Notes: generated by a model not told the origin, from the letters alone. Shown: positions 16,101 through 26,771, counted from the first letter of the stretch. The stretch is DNA of 36,160 bases from Faecousia sp. (GCA_034099845.1 JAXEMQ010000169.1:1-36160), one strand, 5' to 3'. Translations and numbers: made by a program.

Positions 16101-16598
16101 TCATTTGTTTTGTAGTTTCCGCTCTTCCAGTCGTCTGCGGAAGTCGGGGATAATGGGTTCGGGAATAAAATCCTTCAGATCCGCATTGTAGGAGCCCAGC
16201 TCCTTTACCAGGCTGGAGCTCAGATACATATACTGGCTGTTGGCTGTCAGAAACATGGTATCCAGCTCGGGATTGATTTTGCGGTTGATCAGCGCCATCT
16301 GGAATTCATTTTCAAAATCGGAGCCGGCCCGCAGTCCCTTGACCACAACACAGCTTCCCCGACGCCGGGCGTATTCGGCCAAAAGCTCGCTGGAGCCGTC
16401 AACCTCCACATTGGTAAGATCCGCGGTGACACGGCGGATCAGCTCCACACGCTCTTCCAGAGAAAACATGGGATGCTTGCCCGCGTTTACCATGACACAG
16501 ACAATCAGCCGGTCGAAGATATTGGCTGCCCGGCGGATAATATCCAGGTGACCGCTGGTAACCGGGTCGAAAGAACCCGGATAAATGGCAGTTTTCAT
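16101..16598 (-). CDS. coaD: Phosphopantetheine adenylyltransferase
   Basis: YPGSFDPVTSGHLDII, KGLRA, LSSSLVKE. Confidence 0.97.
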   Translation of the reverse strand: MKTAIYPGSFDPVTSGHLDIIRRAANIFDRLIVCVMVNAGKHPMFSLEERVELIRRVTADLTNVEVDGSSELLAEYARRRGSCVVVKGLRAGSDFENEFQMALINRKINPELDTMFLTANSQYMYLSSSLVKELGSYNADLKDFIPEPIIPDFRRRLEERKLQNK

Positions 16599-16601
16599 AG
16601 A

Positions 16602-17159
16602 TTACTCTTCCAGCGCTTCCTCTTTTGTGTAAAGGGTAAGAAGCGTTTTTCCGTATTTGTAGTCTTTGGAACGGGAATAGCCCGGGAATTCCTGCTGAAG
16701 TTCCTTTCCCAAAGGACGTTCCGCAACTATTATACCACCCGAACGCAAAATGTCAATTTCTGTTATCCGGTTCAGGGCGTTTTCCAGAAAATCTTCCGCG
16801 TAAGGGGGATCCAGGAAGATCACGTCAAAGCGTTCTCTGCATCGGCGGAGATACTCCATATAGTCGCAGCGCAGAACGCTGGCCTGATTCTCCAGATGGG
16901 TCCGCTTCAGATTTTCCCGGATCAGACCGCAGGCATCCTCCCGGGCATCCACAAATACAGCGTACTGCGCGCCCTGGCTCAGGGCTTCAATTCCCAGCTG
17001 GCCCGTGCCGCCGAACAGGTCCAGTACCCGGGCGCCGGGCACATAAAAGCGGATGATGCTGAACAGGGCCTCTTTCACCCGGTCCGCGGTGGGACGGGTG
17101 AGCATCCCCCGGGGCGTTTTCAAAGAGATTCCTTTTGCTTTTCCTGTGATAACGCGCAT
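16602..17159 (-). CDS. rsmD: 16S rRNA m2G966 methyltransferase
   Basis: MRVITG, TRPTADRVKEALF, LDLFGGTG, DPPY. Confidence 0.95.
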   Translation of the reverse strand: MRVITGKAKGISLKTPRGMLTRPTADRVKEALFSIIRFYVPGARVLDLFGGTGQLGIEALSQGAQYAVFVDAREDACGLIRENLKRTHLENQASVLRCDYMEYLRRCRERFDVIFLDPPYAEDFLENALNRITEIDILRSGGIIVAERPLGKELQQEFPGYSRSKDYKYGKTLLTLYTKEEALEE

Positions 17160-17224
17160 AGTCTTTTCTCCCAATTCTTTCCTGTTTTCCGGGATTTATA
17201 CGGTACTTTGGTTCCGGTGTGCCC

Positions 17225-19048
17225 TTACTGTCCCGATTTCTTGTTCTGAAAATGCCGGTATACGGCGTCTGCCGCGTCTTTGGGCAGCAGCCGTTCCAGT
17301 TCCGGCAGCGAAGCCTCGGACATGGCGGTGAGAGAGCCGAAGGCTTTCAGCAGCTCCTGCTTCCGTTTTGGGCCGATGCCGGGAATGCCGTCCAGCTCGG
17401 AATACCGCAGCCGCTTGCTACGCAGCTGCCGGTGGTAGGTAATGGCAAAGCGGTGTGTCTCCTCCTGAATGGAACCGATCAGGGAAAAAATGGCCTGATT
17501 GTTGTCAATTCGGATTTCCATTCCGTCAGGGGTCACCAGTGCCCGGGTACGGTGCCGGTCATCCTTGACCATACCGAACACGGGAAAGGACAGATCCAGC
17601 GCCTGAAGCGCTTCCAGGGCCACATTGGCGTGATTGACACCGCCGTCAATGAGCAAAAGATCCGGAGGCGTGTCAAAGCCCCTGTCCCCCGCCTTGTAAT
17701 GGACAAACCGCCGGGTTACCACCTGGCGCATGGAGGCATAGTCGTCCTGGCCGGGCAGACCCTCGATCTTGAATCGCTTGTAGTCGCTTTTTCTGGGCTT
17801 TCCGTCCTGAAAAACCACCATGCTTGCCACAATATCCGTGCCGGAGATGTTGGAAATATCAAAGGATTCCATGCGGCCGGGTACGGGAACGGCCAGCATT
17901 TTGCCCAGGGTGATGAGGGTAGCATTCATGCGTTCGTCCTTATCCGTCAGCCGCTGGGCCTCCTCAAAGGCGTTTTTGTTGGCAAGCTCCACAAGGCGCA
18001 TATTGTCCCCCTTCTGGGGGATCCGGATTCTGCTCTTTCTGCCGAACTGCTGCTCCATAAGGGAGGAGAACAGCTCGCTGTCCTCTATCTCAAAAGGCAG
18101 CAGAACGTTTTTGGGCGCCAGGCCTCTGCTGAGATAATACTGCTTCATCAGGCTGGAAACAGCCTCCTGGGGGTTGTCCGGCTTTGGGAACACATCGTAG
18201 TCCTTGTCCAGCAGATTTCCGCCGCTGAAATGGAGCACCGCAAAACAGGCTTTGGCTTCCGTTTCGCCGTAGCCCACCACATCGGTGTCCGCCAGGCTTC
18301 CGGCAGTGACCAGCTGCTTCTGCCCCAGTGCTTCCACGGCGGTAAGCCGGTCCCGCAGAGCCGCGGCTACCTCAAAATCCAGCTTTTCCGCGGCGGCAAG
18401 CATCTCGGTGCGGATGGATTCCGCAGCGGATTTATAGTTGCCCTTCAAAAGCTGACGGGCCAGCTCCACACGCTCCCGGTAACGGACGGCGCTTTGATTC
18501 TCCTGACACCAGCCTTCGCACTGATTCATGTGATAGTTGAGACAGGGACGGTCCTTGCCCACATCCCGGGGAAACTGCCGGGTGCACCGCGGAAGCTTCA
18601 GGGTCATCAGAACCGCTTCCAGCAAGCTGTTGGTCACGCCTCTGCTGCCGTAGGGGCCGAAATACTCCGCTCCGTCATCGGCGATTTTGGAAACGAGGGT
18701 CAGGCGGGGGTAAAGCTGCTTCCGGTCCAGACGCAGGTAGGGATAGCCCTTGTCGTCCTTCAGAAGAATGTTGTATTTTGGCAGATACCGTTTGATGAGA
18801 GAGCACTCCAGAACCAGGGCTTCGAATTCGCTGGCGGCCACAATGGTATCAAAGTGGTCGATTTTACTGACCATCATTCTGGTTTTGGGTGTATGGGACG
18901 CCGTGTCCTGGAAATACTGGCTGACCCGGTTTTTCAGCTTTTTCGCCTTGCCCACATAGATGACCTTATCCGTTTTATCCCGCATAATATACACGCCGGG
19001 AGCATAGGGCAGCGACAGGGCCTTTTCCTTTAATTCGTCAAATGTCAT
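17225..19048 (-). CDS. uvrC: Excinuclease ABC subunit C
   Basis: GIY-YIG PGVYIM..IYVGKAK, ESFDISN, PDLLLIDGG, HhH GIGPKR. Confidence 0.97.
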   Translation of the reverse strand: MTFDELKEKALSLPYAPGVYIMRDKTDKVIYVGKAKKLKNRVSQYFQDTASHTPKTRMMVSKIDHFDTIVAASEFEALVLECSLIKRYLPKYNILLKDDKGYPYLRLDRKQLYPRLTLVSKIADDGAEYFGPYGSRGVTNSLLEAVLMTLKLPRCTRQFPRDVGKDRPCLNYHMNQCEGWCQENQSAVRYRERVELARQLLKGNYKSAAESIRTEMLAAAEKLDFEVAAALRDRLTAVEALGQKQLVTAGSLADTDVVGYGETEAKACFAVLHFSGGNLLDKDYDVFPKPDNPQEAVSSLMKQYYLSRGLAPKNVLLPFEIEDSELFSSLMEQQFGRKSRIRIPQKGDNMRLVELANKNAFEEAQRLTDKDERMNATLITLGKMLAVPVPGRMESFDISNISGTDIVASMVVFQDGKPRKSDYKRFKIEGLPGQDDYASMRQVVTRRFVHYKAGDRGFDTPPDLLLIDGGVNHANVALEALQALDLSFPVFGMVKDDRHRTRALVTPDGMEIRIDNNQAIFSLIGSIQEETHRFAITYHRQLRSKRLRYSELDGIPGIGPKRKQELLKAFGSLTAMSEASLPELERLLPKDAADAVYRHFQNKKSGQ

Positions 19049-19111
19049 GTGATCACCAAAAAAGAGCCGCCTCTTTCGCGTTTGGCAAAGAGGCGGCATG
19101 CATCGTTCCAA

Positions 19112-19372
19112 TCAATAAACGTCCCGCTGGAGCAGGGTTTCCAGAGCGGTGACCGCGGCTTCCTCATCGGAACCGACGGCACTCAGCGTAACGGCGGATC
19201 CGGAAACAATGCCTAGGGACATAATGCCCAGCAGGCTTTTCGCGTTCATCTTCCGGTTGCCGGATTCCAGCCAGATGCTGCTGTCGAACTCATTCGCCTT
19301 CTGAACAAAGTATGTAGCCTGCTTGTTGTGCAGACCGGACTCACAGCGAACGACAACTTCTTTGCTAAACAT
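19112..19372 (-). CDS. ptsH: HPr-family phosphocarrier protein
   Basis: SGLHNK (His15) and NAKSLLG (Ser46). Confidence 0.88.
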   Translation of the reverse strand: MFSKEVVVRCESGLHNKQATYFVQKANEFDSSIWLESGNRKMNAKSLLGIMSLGIVSGSAVTLSAVGSDEEAAVTALETLLQRDVY

Positions 19373-19422
19373 AACATACACTCCTTTTCATCACATCTCT
19401 GAGAAGTGACGGGTCTGTATAA

Positions 19423-19451
19423 ATAATAACCTTTTTCTTATGAATTGTCAA
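19423..19451 (-). promoter_or_regulatory. SigA promoter of HPr gene
   Basis: TTGACA-17 bp-TATTAT. Confidence 0.7.
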
Positions 19452-19498
19452 CCAATTACTTTTGGAGCTTTTGTCGAATTGATCAAAAAATAGTCGAT

Positions 19499-21877
19499 TC
19501 AGATAAATTCTGCAATGGTTACGCCGTCTTCGCCCTCACCGTATTGCCCTAATCGGAATTTTTTGATAAATTTGTTGCGTTTCAGGCTCTGCTGGACGGC
19601 GTTGCGCAGCACACCGGTGCCTTTTCCGTGTATAATTCGGACGGAACTGAGCTTCGCCCGCATGGCTTCATCCAGGTAGCGGTCCAGCACACAGATGGCC
19701 TCCACCGCGTCCATGCCCCGAAGGTCCACCTCCGCGGGCATGGCGGTCATCTTCATTTCCCTGCCGGAATGGGCGGGACGGCCGCCCTTGGCCGCATAGG
19801 GGTTTTCATGCTCCAGCAGATAGATCTCATCCGCCTTGGCGGTCAATTTCAGAATGCCGGCCTGGAGCTGATAGGTACCGTCCTTGTTGATGGCCAGAAC
19901 ACTGGCTTTGGTGCCCAGCTTGAGAAGCTCCACGGTGTCGCCCACCAGGATCCCCCGGGTTGCCTTGGGCCGCTCCTTCTTGGGTGCCTGGGCACGGATT
20001 TTGTCCTCGGTCTCGTTCAGCACCCGGCGCAGCTCTGCCTGACGCTGGTTGACGCCGGTGGTATCGGCCCCGGCTGTAAGCTGCTTGCGCAGAGCTTTCA
20101 GCTCTTCCGAGGCGGCATTGGCGGCAGCCCGTGCTTCTTCAATGATGGCCTGGGCTTCCCTTCTGGCCGACTCCATGGCTTTGTCCTTCTCTTTTTGCAG
20201 CTGGGCGCTGTATTCCTCGCTCTGCTGCTTGATCCGGGCAGTCTCCTGTTTCAGGCGTTCCGCTTCCATCCGGGCGGCCTCCATCTGCTGGCGCTGCTGT
20301 TCCAGCTGGGTAAGCACATCCTCAAAATCCTTGTCACTCTTGCCCACCAGATCGCCGGCTTCCTTCAGAATATCCTCAGAAAGGCCCAGCTTCCGGCAGA
20401 TGGCAAAGGCGTTGGATTTCCCCGGAATGCCGATCAGCAGCCGATAGGTGGGCTGCAGGGTCTCCACGTCAAACTCACAGGAGGCATTGATGACCCCCTT
20501 GGTCCGCATGGCGTACAGCTTCAGCTCCGCGTAGTGGGTGGTGGCCACCACACGGGAGCCCATTTTCCGGCTGAACTCGATAAGGGCAATGGCCAGGGCC
20601 GCGCCCTCGGCAGGGTCGGTACCGGCGCCCAGCTCGTCATAGAGCACCAGGGTTCTGCCGTCGCACTGGGCCACCACATCCACAATGGTGCGCATATGGC
20701 CGGAGAAGGTGGAAAGGCTCTGGGCAATGGACTGCTCGTCGCCGATGTCCGCAAGAATGGCATCAAAGGTGGAGAGGGTGCTGCCGTCCCCTGCCGGCAC
20801 ATGGAGGCCGCACTCTGCCATCAGGGTCAGCAGGCCGATGGTTTTCAGAGTGACGGTTTTGCCGCCGGTATTGGGTCCGGTGATGATCATGGTATCAAAG
20901 TCGGATCCCAGCCGAAGAGAAATGGGAACCACCTTTTTGGGGTCGATCAGAGGGTGCCGGGCCTTACGCAGCTCTACCCTGCCCTGGTCATTCATAATGG
21001 GTGCCCAGGCATTCATCCGGTAGGCCAGCTTTGCCTTGGCGAAGATCACATCCAGCTGAATGAGCATGGCGGTGTCCAGCCGGATGGCCTCGGCGTAGCC
21101 GGCCGCCTCCGCGGAGAGCTCTGCAAGAATCCGTTCAATCTCCTTCTTTTCCTTCAGCTCCAGCTCACGCAGAGCATTGTTGGCGTTTACCGCGGACATG
21201 GGTTCCACAAAATAGGTGGAGCCGGTGGCCGATACATCGTGGACAAGGCCGGGAACGTCATTTTTGCACTCGGACTTGACGGGAACCACATACCGGCCCT
21301 GACGGATGGTGATGATGGGCTCCCGAAGGAACTTGGCGTAGGCCGGGGACGAGATGACCTTTTGCAGGCTGTCCCGGATTTTGGCTGCCTGGATGCGCAT
21401 ATGCCGCCGGATGTCCGAAAGCTCCGGGGAGGCATTGTCCGCGATCTCATCCTCCGAGAGGATGGCGCCGTAGATTTTGTCTTCCAGGTATTTGTTGGGG
21501 GTCAGGGCATCAAACAGGCTGTCCAGAACCGTCTTGGGATCATCCTCGGATACAAACCCCTTGATGTTCCGGGCGCAGCGCAGGATGCCCGCGATGCGCA
21601 GAAGCTCCACGGGCTGAAGGCTTCCGCCCCGGTCTGCCCGTTCCAGGCTGGCGGAAACATCCGTCACATCGCCGAAGGTGGGGTTCCCCTTTCGGGCGCA
21701 GAGGTCCGAGGCGGCAGTGGTTTGATCCAGCAGCTCTCTAACGGTGTCCAGATCGGATTCCGGCTTGAGCGCCAGGCAGGCCGCTTTGCCGCCTTCACTG
21801 CCGGCACACTGGGAAAGCATCTGCAAAACCTGACCAAGTTCCAGCTTTGCCAGGGATTTTTGGTATAGTTCAGTCAT
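19499..21877 (-). CDS. mutS2: Endonuclease MutS2
   Basis: TGPNTGGKT, DELGAGTDP, C-terminal Smr domain IIHGKGTG. Confidence 0.96.
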   Translation of the reverse strand: MTELYQKSLAKLELGQVLQMLSQCAGSEGGKAACLALKPESDLDTVRELLDQTTAASDLCARKGNPTFGDVTDVSASLERADRGGSLQPVELLRIAGILRCARNIKGFVSEDDPKTVLDSLFDALTPNKYLEDKIYGAILSEDEIADNASPELSDIRRHMRIQAAKIRDSLQKVISSPAYAKFLREPIITIRQGRYVVPVKSECKNDVPGLVHDVSATGSTYFVEPMSAVNANNALRELELKEKKEIERILAELSAEAAGYAEAIRLDTAMLIQLDVIFAKAKLAYRMNAWAPIMNDQGRVELRKARHPLIDPKKVVPISLRLGSDFDTMIITGPNTGGKTVTLKTIGLLTLMAECGLHVPAGDGSTLSTFDAILADIGDEQSIAQSLSTFSGHMRTIVDVVAQCDGRTLVLYDELGAGTDPAEGAALAIALIEFSRKMGSRVVATTHYAELKLYAMRTKGVINASCEFDVETLQPTYRLLIGIPGKSNAFAICRKLGLSEDILKEAGDLVGKSDKDFEDVLTQLEQQRQQMEAARMEAERLKQETARIKQQSEEYSAQLQKEKDKAMESARREAQAIIEEARAAANAASEELKALRKQLTAGADTTGVNQRQAELRRVLNETEDKIRAQAPKKERPKATRGILVGDTVELLKLGTKASVLAINKDGTYQLQAGILKLTAKADEIYLLEHENPYAAKGGRPAHSGREMKMTAMPAEVDLRGMDAVEAICVLDRYLDEAMRAKLSSVRIIHGKGTGVLRNAVQQSLKRNKFIKKFRLGQYGEGEDGVTIAEFI

Positions 21878-22655
21878 ATATGTTCTCCTTTGGACTGTTT
21901 GCGCAGAAATCCGGCGCATACAAAGAGCGGTAAAAATCCAGGGTGGAGAAGCCGTGCTCCAGCTGGGTGGATAAGTACCCCTCCGTAACGGAACCCAGGC
22001 AGTTCAGGGCCTCGGGACTCAATCGGAAGGAAAAGAGCCGCTTGGGGCCGCACAAACAGATATAGCGCATGGCCTCCAGCGCTTCCCGGGTTATGGGAAT
22101 GCGGATGCCCTGGCTGCCCTGATCCCGGCAGGCCCGGCATTCCAGGCGCCCCTGGCTCAGATCAAACCGGTCCGGGGCCTGATTCCCGCAGACATGGCAG
22201 CCGAAGAGCTCGGGGGTGTAGCCCGCCAGGCAGGCACTGCGCAGCTCAAAAACCGCTTTTACCAGAGCTTCCGGTTTTTTGAGTTCCGAAAGGGCGTAGA
22301 GGCTGTTGAGCAGCAGGGACTGGAGCTCCGGGTTGGGCATATCTTCCTGGGAGATAAGCTCCGTTACCTGGGCAAAATAACTGCCCAGGGACAGCAGAGT
22401 CAGCTCCCTGCGCAGCCCCTGGAAAAGCTCCAGAGCACGGGCCTCGTTGATGGTGTACTTCCCCTGATATTCGAAGAGCGTAAATTCCCCGTAGGCCAGC
22501 AGCTGACAGGGCGCGATCAGAGGACTGTTTTTCCGCCGAAGGCCCCGGGCCTTGATGGTGAGCTTCCCGTAATTCTGGGTCAGCACCGTCAGCAGGGCGT
22601 CCCGGTCATTGTAATCCGATACCCTCAGGACGATGGCCCGAACTGTCAAATACAT
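21870..22655 (-). CDS. recO: DNA repair protein RecO
   Basis: N-terminal OB fold AIVLRVSDYNDRD, CHVC..CRAC zinc finger; downstream of era. Confidence 0.94.
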   Translation of the reverse strand: MYLTVRAIVLRVSDYNDRDALLTVLTQNYGKLTIKARGLRRKNSPLIAPCQLLAYGEFTLFEYQGKYTINEARALELFQGLRRELTLLSLGSYFAQVTELISQEDMPNPELQSLLLNSLYALSELKKPEALVKAVFELRSACLAGYTPELFGCHVCGNQAPDRFDLSQGRLECRACRDQGSQGIRIPITREALEAMRYICLCGPKRLFSFRLSPEALNCLGSVTEGYLSTQLEHGFSTLDFYRSLYAPDFCANSPKENIYD

Positions 22656-22749
22656 GGTCTTTCTCCATTCTGCGTGTGGTCAAATAGGATAGATAGGCTT
22701 CCGGCGCGCCGGTTTCCAGAAATAAAGTCCAGTAATCGCTGGCATTCAT
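22606..22749 (-). CDS. YqzL-family small protein (47 aa), not in ORF track
   Basis: MNASDYWTLFLETGAPEAYLSY...; GGAGGG RBS; era-yqzL-recO synteny. Confidence 0.7.
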   Translation of the reverse strand: MNASDYWTLFLETGAPEAYLSYLTTRRMEKDHVFDSSGHRPEGIGLQ

Positions 22750-22809
22750 GGTCATCCCTCCCGGAATCAGTGTTTGCTCCGGAGGGAAAAGCTAGTCTGG
22801 GAAATAATG

Positions 22810-23697
22810 TTAGTCCCGGTAGCCGAAGTTTTTCACAAGGAAATCACTGTCCCGCCAGTTTTCCTTGACCTTGACCCAGGTGGTCAGGTAGACCTTGGTG
22901 CCCATGAACTTTTCACAGTCGGCCCGGGCCATGGAAGAGATTTTCTTCAGCATGGCGCCCTGTTTGCCGATGATGATGCCCTTGTGGCTGGCCTTTTCAC
23001 AGTAGATGGTGGCGTCAATGTCGATAATGCCGCTGTCCCGCTCGGAGAATTTGGTGATCTCCACAGCGGTGCCGTGGGGAATCTCCTTGTCCAGGCACCA
23101 CAGAAGCTTTTCCCGGATGATTTCCGCCATAACCTGCCGCTCGGGCTGATCGGTGGTCATGTCGTCCGGGAACAGGAAGGGGCCTTCCTGGGCGTATTTG
23201 CCGCAGACGCGCAGAAGCTCCTCCACCCCGTCACCGGTTTTGGCGCTGATGGGAAGGATGTCATCGAAGGAGGCTGCCTGGGAATACTTGGCAATGACTT
23301 CCAGCAGGGTATCCTTTTCTACGGTATCGATCTTATTGATGACCAGCACCGCGGGGCAGTGACTGGCCCGGATCTTCTCAATCAGCCCCTCTTCCTGGGG
23401 ACCGATGGAGGCGATGGGTTCCACCACAAGCAGGGTCAGATCCACATCCGCAATGGATTCCCGGACGGTGTTTACCATGTAGTCTCCCAGCTTGGTGCGG
23501 GAGCGGTGGTAACCGGGGGTATCCACAAAGACATACTGGGTGTCGTCCCGGGTGACGATGCCGCAGATCCGGTTCCGGGTGGTCTGGGGTTTGTTGGAAA
23601 CGATGGTGATCTTCTCCCCTACCAGGTAATTGGTCAGCGTGGATTTGCCCACATTGGGCCGGCCGCAGATGGTGATCATAGCAGATTTTGTTTTCAT
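22810..23697 (-). CDS. era: GTPase Era
   Basis: GRPNVGKST, DTPG, NKID, KH domain IIIGKQG. Confidence 0.97.
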   Translation of the reverse strand: MKTKSAMITICGRPNVGKSTLTNYLVGEKITIVSNKPQTTRNRICGIVTRDDTQYVFVDTPGYHRSRTKLGDYMVNTVRESIADVDLTLLVVEPIASIGPQEEGLIEKIRASHCPAVLVINKIDTVEKDTLLEVIAKYSQAASFDDILPISAKTGDGVEELLRVCGKYAQEGPFLFPDDMTTDQPERQVMAEIIREKLLWCLDKEIPHGTAVEITKFSERDSGIIDIDATIYCEKASHKGIIIGKQGAMLKKISSMARADCEKFMGTKVYLTTWVKVKENWRDSDFLVKNFGYRD

Positions 23698-23706
23698 GTT
23701 TTCTCC

Positions 23707-24207
23707 TTATTTCCGGCTCATGCCGGGGATCTCAGAGGCGATGGCCTCTTCTCTTGCCCGCATCTGGCGTTTTTGAGGACCTTCGTCCAGGTGGTCATAG
23801 CCCAGAAGGTGCAGCATGGAATGAATGGTGAGATAGCCCACTTCCCGGCGGGTGGTGTGGCCGAATTCCTGAGCCTGGGCCACCGCCCGCTCCAGGGAAA
23901 TGCACATATCGCCCAGGGGCACCAGGCCGGTATCCGGATCCTGGAACGGGGCCCAGTCTCCGGGCAGCTCTCCGGGGGCCAGTTCAAACATGGGAAACGA
24001 CAGCACATCCGTGGGTTTGTCAATGTTCCGGGCGGTGCGGTTGATGGTCTGAATCCCCTTGTCATCCGTGACCAGCACATTGATCTCGCACTTGACGGGA
24101 ACGCCCTCCTGCTTCAAAACAGCGTTGATGCAGGTTTTGATATTGGCGGCAATGGGCAGGCGCTTCAGACCGCCGTCTTCAAACACCAGATTGATTTTGT
24201 TTCTCAT
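23707..24207 (-). CDS. ybeY: rRNA maturation RNase YbeY
   Basis: PTDVLSFP, HSMLHLLGYDH. Confidence 0.96.
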   Translation of the reverse strand: MRNKINLVFEDGGLKRLPIAANIKTCINAVLKQEGVPVKCEINVLVTDDKGIQTINRTARNIDKPTDVLSFPMFELAPGELPGDWAPFQDPDTGLVPLGDMCISLERAVAQAQEFGHTTRREVGYLTIHSMLHLLGYDHLDEGPQKRQMRAREEAIASEIPGMSRK

Positions 24208-24210
24208 ATG

Positions 24211-25227
24211 TTATCTCTTCCTTTGATATTTTCCCTGAAAATGATTGCTGGGTTTGGATACCTTCGGCTTCTCCGCCGTCTTTTCGTAGGCGTTGATGAT
24301 TTTCTGAACAAGGGCGTGGCGCACCACATCCGCGGAGGTGAGCCTGCAGATGGCAATGTCCTCCACCCCGTCCAGTACCCGTATGGCATCCTTGAGACCG
24401 GAAACCTTGTCGTCCGGCAGGTCGATCTGGGTTACATCGCCGGTGATGACGATTTTGGACCCGAAGCCAAGGCGGGTCAGGAACATTTTCATCTGCTCCC
24501 GGGTGGTATTCTGGGCCTCGTCCAGAATGATAAAGCTGTCGTCCAGGGTACGGCCCCGCATATAGGCCAGGGGCGCCACTTCGATGGAGCCCCGCTCCTG
24601 ATACTTCTGGAAGGTTTCCGCTCCCAGCATGTCGTAGAGAGCGTCATACAGGGGCCGCAGATAAGGGTCCACTTTATTCTGCAGATCTCCGGGCAGAAAG
24701 CCCAGACGCTCACCGGCTTCCACCGCGGGGCGGGTCAGGATGATCCGGTTGACGGTTCGTTCCCGGAAGGCCGAAACGGCGGCGGCAACCGCCAGATAGG
24801 TTTTTCCGGTGCCGGCGGGACCCACGCCGATGGTGACGGTGTTTTTCCCGATGGCCTTCATATAGGTCTGCTGGCCCACGGTTTTCGCCTTAATGGGCTT
24901 GCCCTTGGCGGTGATGCACACCACATCCCTGGCTATTTGGGAGATCTGATCCTCATGCCCCTCGCTGACCAGGGTGATGAGGTAGCGCACCCGCTGCTCA
25001 TCGATGGTCTCTCCCCGGGAGGCAATGGACAGCAGCCCCTCCAGGGTCCGCACGGCCTTATCCACCATCTCTTCATCGCCGGTCACCTTCAGGTCTGTGC
25101 CCCGGTTGATGATGCGGACCGAAAGGGCATCCTCGATCCGGCGTACGTTTTCGTCAAAGGAACCGAAAACCGCGATCAGGTCCTCTACCCGTTCGGCGTT
25201 TACGATTCGTTCCGTTTCCTTAATCAT
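24211..25227 (-). CDS. phoH: PhoH-family ATPase
   Basis: GPAGTGKTYLA, RPAVEAGERLGFLPG, YMRGRTL. Confidence 0.95.
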   Translation of the reverse strand: MIKETERIVNAERVEDLIAVFGSFDENVRRIEDALSVRIINRGTDLKVTGDEEMVDKAVRTLEGLLSIASRGETIDEQRVRYLITLVSEGHEDQISQIARDVVCITAKGKPIKAKTVGQQTYMKAIGKNTVTIGVGPAGTGKTYLAVAAAVSAFRERTVNRIILTRPAVEAGERLGFLPGDLQNKVDPYLRPLYDALYDMLGAETFQKYQERGSIEVAPLAYMRGRTLDDSFIILDEAQNTTREQMKMFLTRLGFGSKIVITGDVTQIDLPDDKVSGLKDAIRVLDGVEDIAICRLTSADVVRHALVQKIINAYEKTAEKPKVSKPSNHFQGKYQRKR

Positions 25228-26410
25228 GCATATCTCCTATCTGCTCCCACTTGGGACGGCTGATGACCTCCCGGCAGGAATAGAATCCTGTCAGAAGATA
25301 CGCGCCCTGATCCCGGGAGAGGGTTTCCGTAGATTTTTGAAGGGTACCGCCCAGCATTGCCGCCAGAAGGGTATTCTTCGCGAAGCTTTGGAGCTGGGCC
25401 TGGGCTTCTTCCGCGGGAAGCGTTTCCTCCCACAGGTCGCTCACGGTCAGTTCCTCCGCGGCCAGCGTCACAGGCAGGCAAAAGCCTCCCGGCAGGCACA
25501 GCGGATACTCCCGATACATTCTACCACATTCCGCATCCCAAATTCCACTACCAAACCATAATTTTACGCGTTTTTTTCCGAGAATCAAGCTCCAGCGCCG
25601 GATTTTTTTCTGAGGTGTGCCCCGTCTGAGCCGGGTTTCCGGTGTAAAAGCCCGGATGGACCTGGCGGTAAGGGCGCTGACCTCCCCCTGGGCCGCCTGG
25701 GCTTTTATGGCAATGCCGCAGTCCGTCAGGCCGGAAATGAGCACCTGGCCCTCCACCACCGCCTGCCCCGGTGTACACAGGGCGGTGCCGGAGGTAACGG
25801 TGAGGGACGTGAGGATGCCGTCCCGTGCCGCTACAATGTGGCACAGCCCGGCGCGCTCTGGCTCCATGGGAACGGTTTCCGGTTTCTCCGCCACCCGGAT
25901 GACGGCCACACAGCCCTGGGTGTTGATACCCGCCCATTTAAGGTCCGGCAGGGCGGACAGGAGCCGGTTTTTCACCTTCTCGCTGCGGATCAATCGTCTG
26001 CTGGCACCGAAAGTCATGCCGCAGTCCTCTGCCGCGGAGAGGATCTGCCCGGTGGGAACCCGCCGGTTCCCCTCCACCCGGAAAAAGAACACTCTGGTGG
26101 GAATCCACAGACAGGCGGCCAGCGCGAAGGCAAGCCCCAACAGGAGCACCGGCCGGGTTTTGAGCCCTTTGATGCGCCAGTAGATCCCCAATCTGCGTTT
26201 GAGTGTCAGTTTTTCCCCTCTGCGGCGGGTAAGCGCCTTCAGCTTCCGATAATCCCTGCGCCGGATTCGGAAGGTTACGGTCAGTTCGCCGGTAGGCTGC
26301 ACCTGATATAAGGGGATGTTTCGGACCGCAATCGCTTCCAGAACGCCTGCGGGGTCTGCGGTCAGAAGCTCTACGGCAACCTCCCCTGCAAGGCTGTGCC
26401 AGAAATTCAT
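25220..26410 (-). CDS. yqfD: Sporulation protein YqfD
   Basis: TM helix, POTRA-like region, HIVAARDGI..GQVLISG; yqfC-yqfD-phoH synteny. Confidence 0.88.
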   Translation of the reverse strand: MNFWHSLAGEVAVELLTADPAGVLEAIAVRNIPLYQVQPTGELTVTFRIRRRDYRKLKALTRRRGEKLTLKRRLGIYWRIKGLKTRPVLLLGLAFALAACLWIPTRVFFFRVEGNRRVPTGQILSAAEDCGMTFGASRRLIRSEKVKNRLLSALPDLKWAGINTQGCVAVIRVAEKPETVPMEPERAGLCHIVAARDGILTSLTVTSGTALCTPGQAVVEGQVLISGLTDCGIAIKAQAAQGEVSALTARSIRAFTPETRLRRGTPQKKIRRWSLILGKKRVKLWFGSGIWDAECGRMYREYPLCLPGGFCLPVTLAAEELTVSDLWEETLPAEEAQAQLQSFAKNTLLAAMLGGTLQKSTETLSRDQGAYLLTGFYSCREVISRPKWEQIGDMHD

Positions 26411-26694
26411 GATTTCTCCTTTCGAATCAGGGTGATGCTTTCCACCTTGCCTGTGATTACAAGCTGCTCCCGTGTCATTTGGACCAGTTCCAGGCAATGG
26501 CCGCAGACCAGTACCCTACCAAAGCGCACCGCCGCCCCGATCCGGCAGGGGCTGTATTCCACTACCCCGTGATGATTTTCGATGAGGACCCGGCTGTCCC
26601 CTGCCAGTTCCACAAGGCTCTGGCCCGGAAGCAGTTCTCCCGGCAGCTCCGGGTCCGTGGTAAGATAGCTGAGCAGGTCCCTTTTTTGTTTCAC
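26407..26694 (-). CDS. yqfC: YabP/YqfC-family sporulation protein
   Basis: VLIENHHGVVEY, ITGKVESI; GGAGG RBS with GTG start. Confidence 0.88.
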   Translation of the reverse strand: MKQKRDLLSYLTTDPELPGELLPGQSLVELAGDSRVLIENHHGVVEYSPCRIGAAVRFGRVLVCGHCLELVQMTREQLVITGKVESITLIRKEKS

Positions 26695-26718
26695 TGCGCC
26701 CACCTCCCTATGGTTTTT

Positions 26719-26754
26719 AACCTATGAATGGAGCGGCCCCAATTTGCATAGATT
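26719..26754. promoter_or_regulatory. Overlapping divergent SigE-like promoters (yqfC / ylbJ)
   Basis: CATAGATT on plus strand, CATAGGTT on minus strand (SigE -10 consensus CATAcaaT). Confidence 0.5.
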
Positions 26755-26771
26755 CTTTTGAGGTGAGGCCC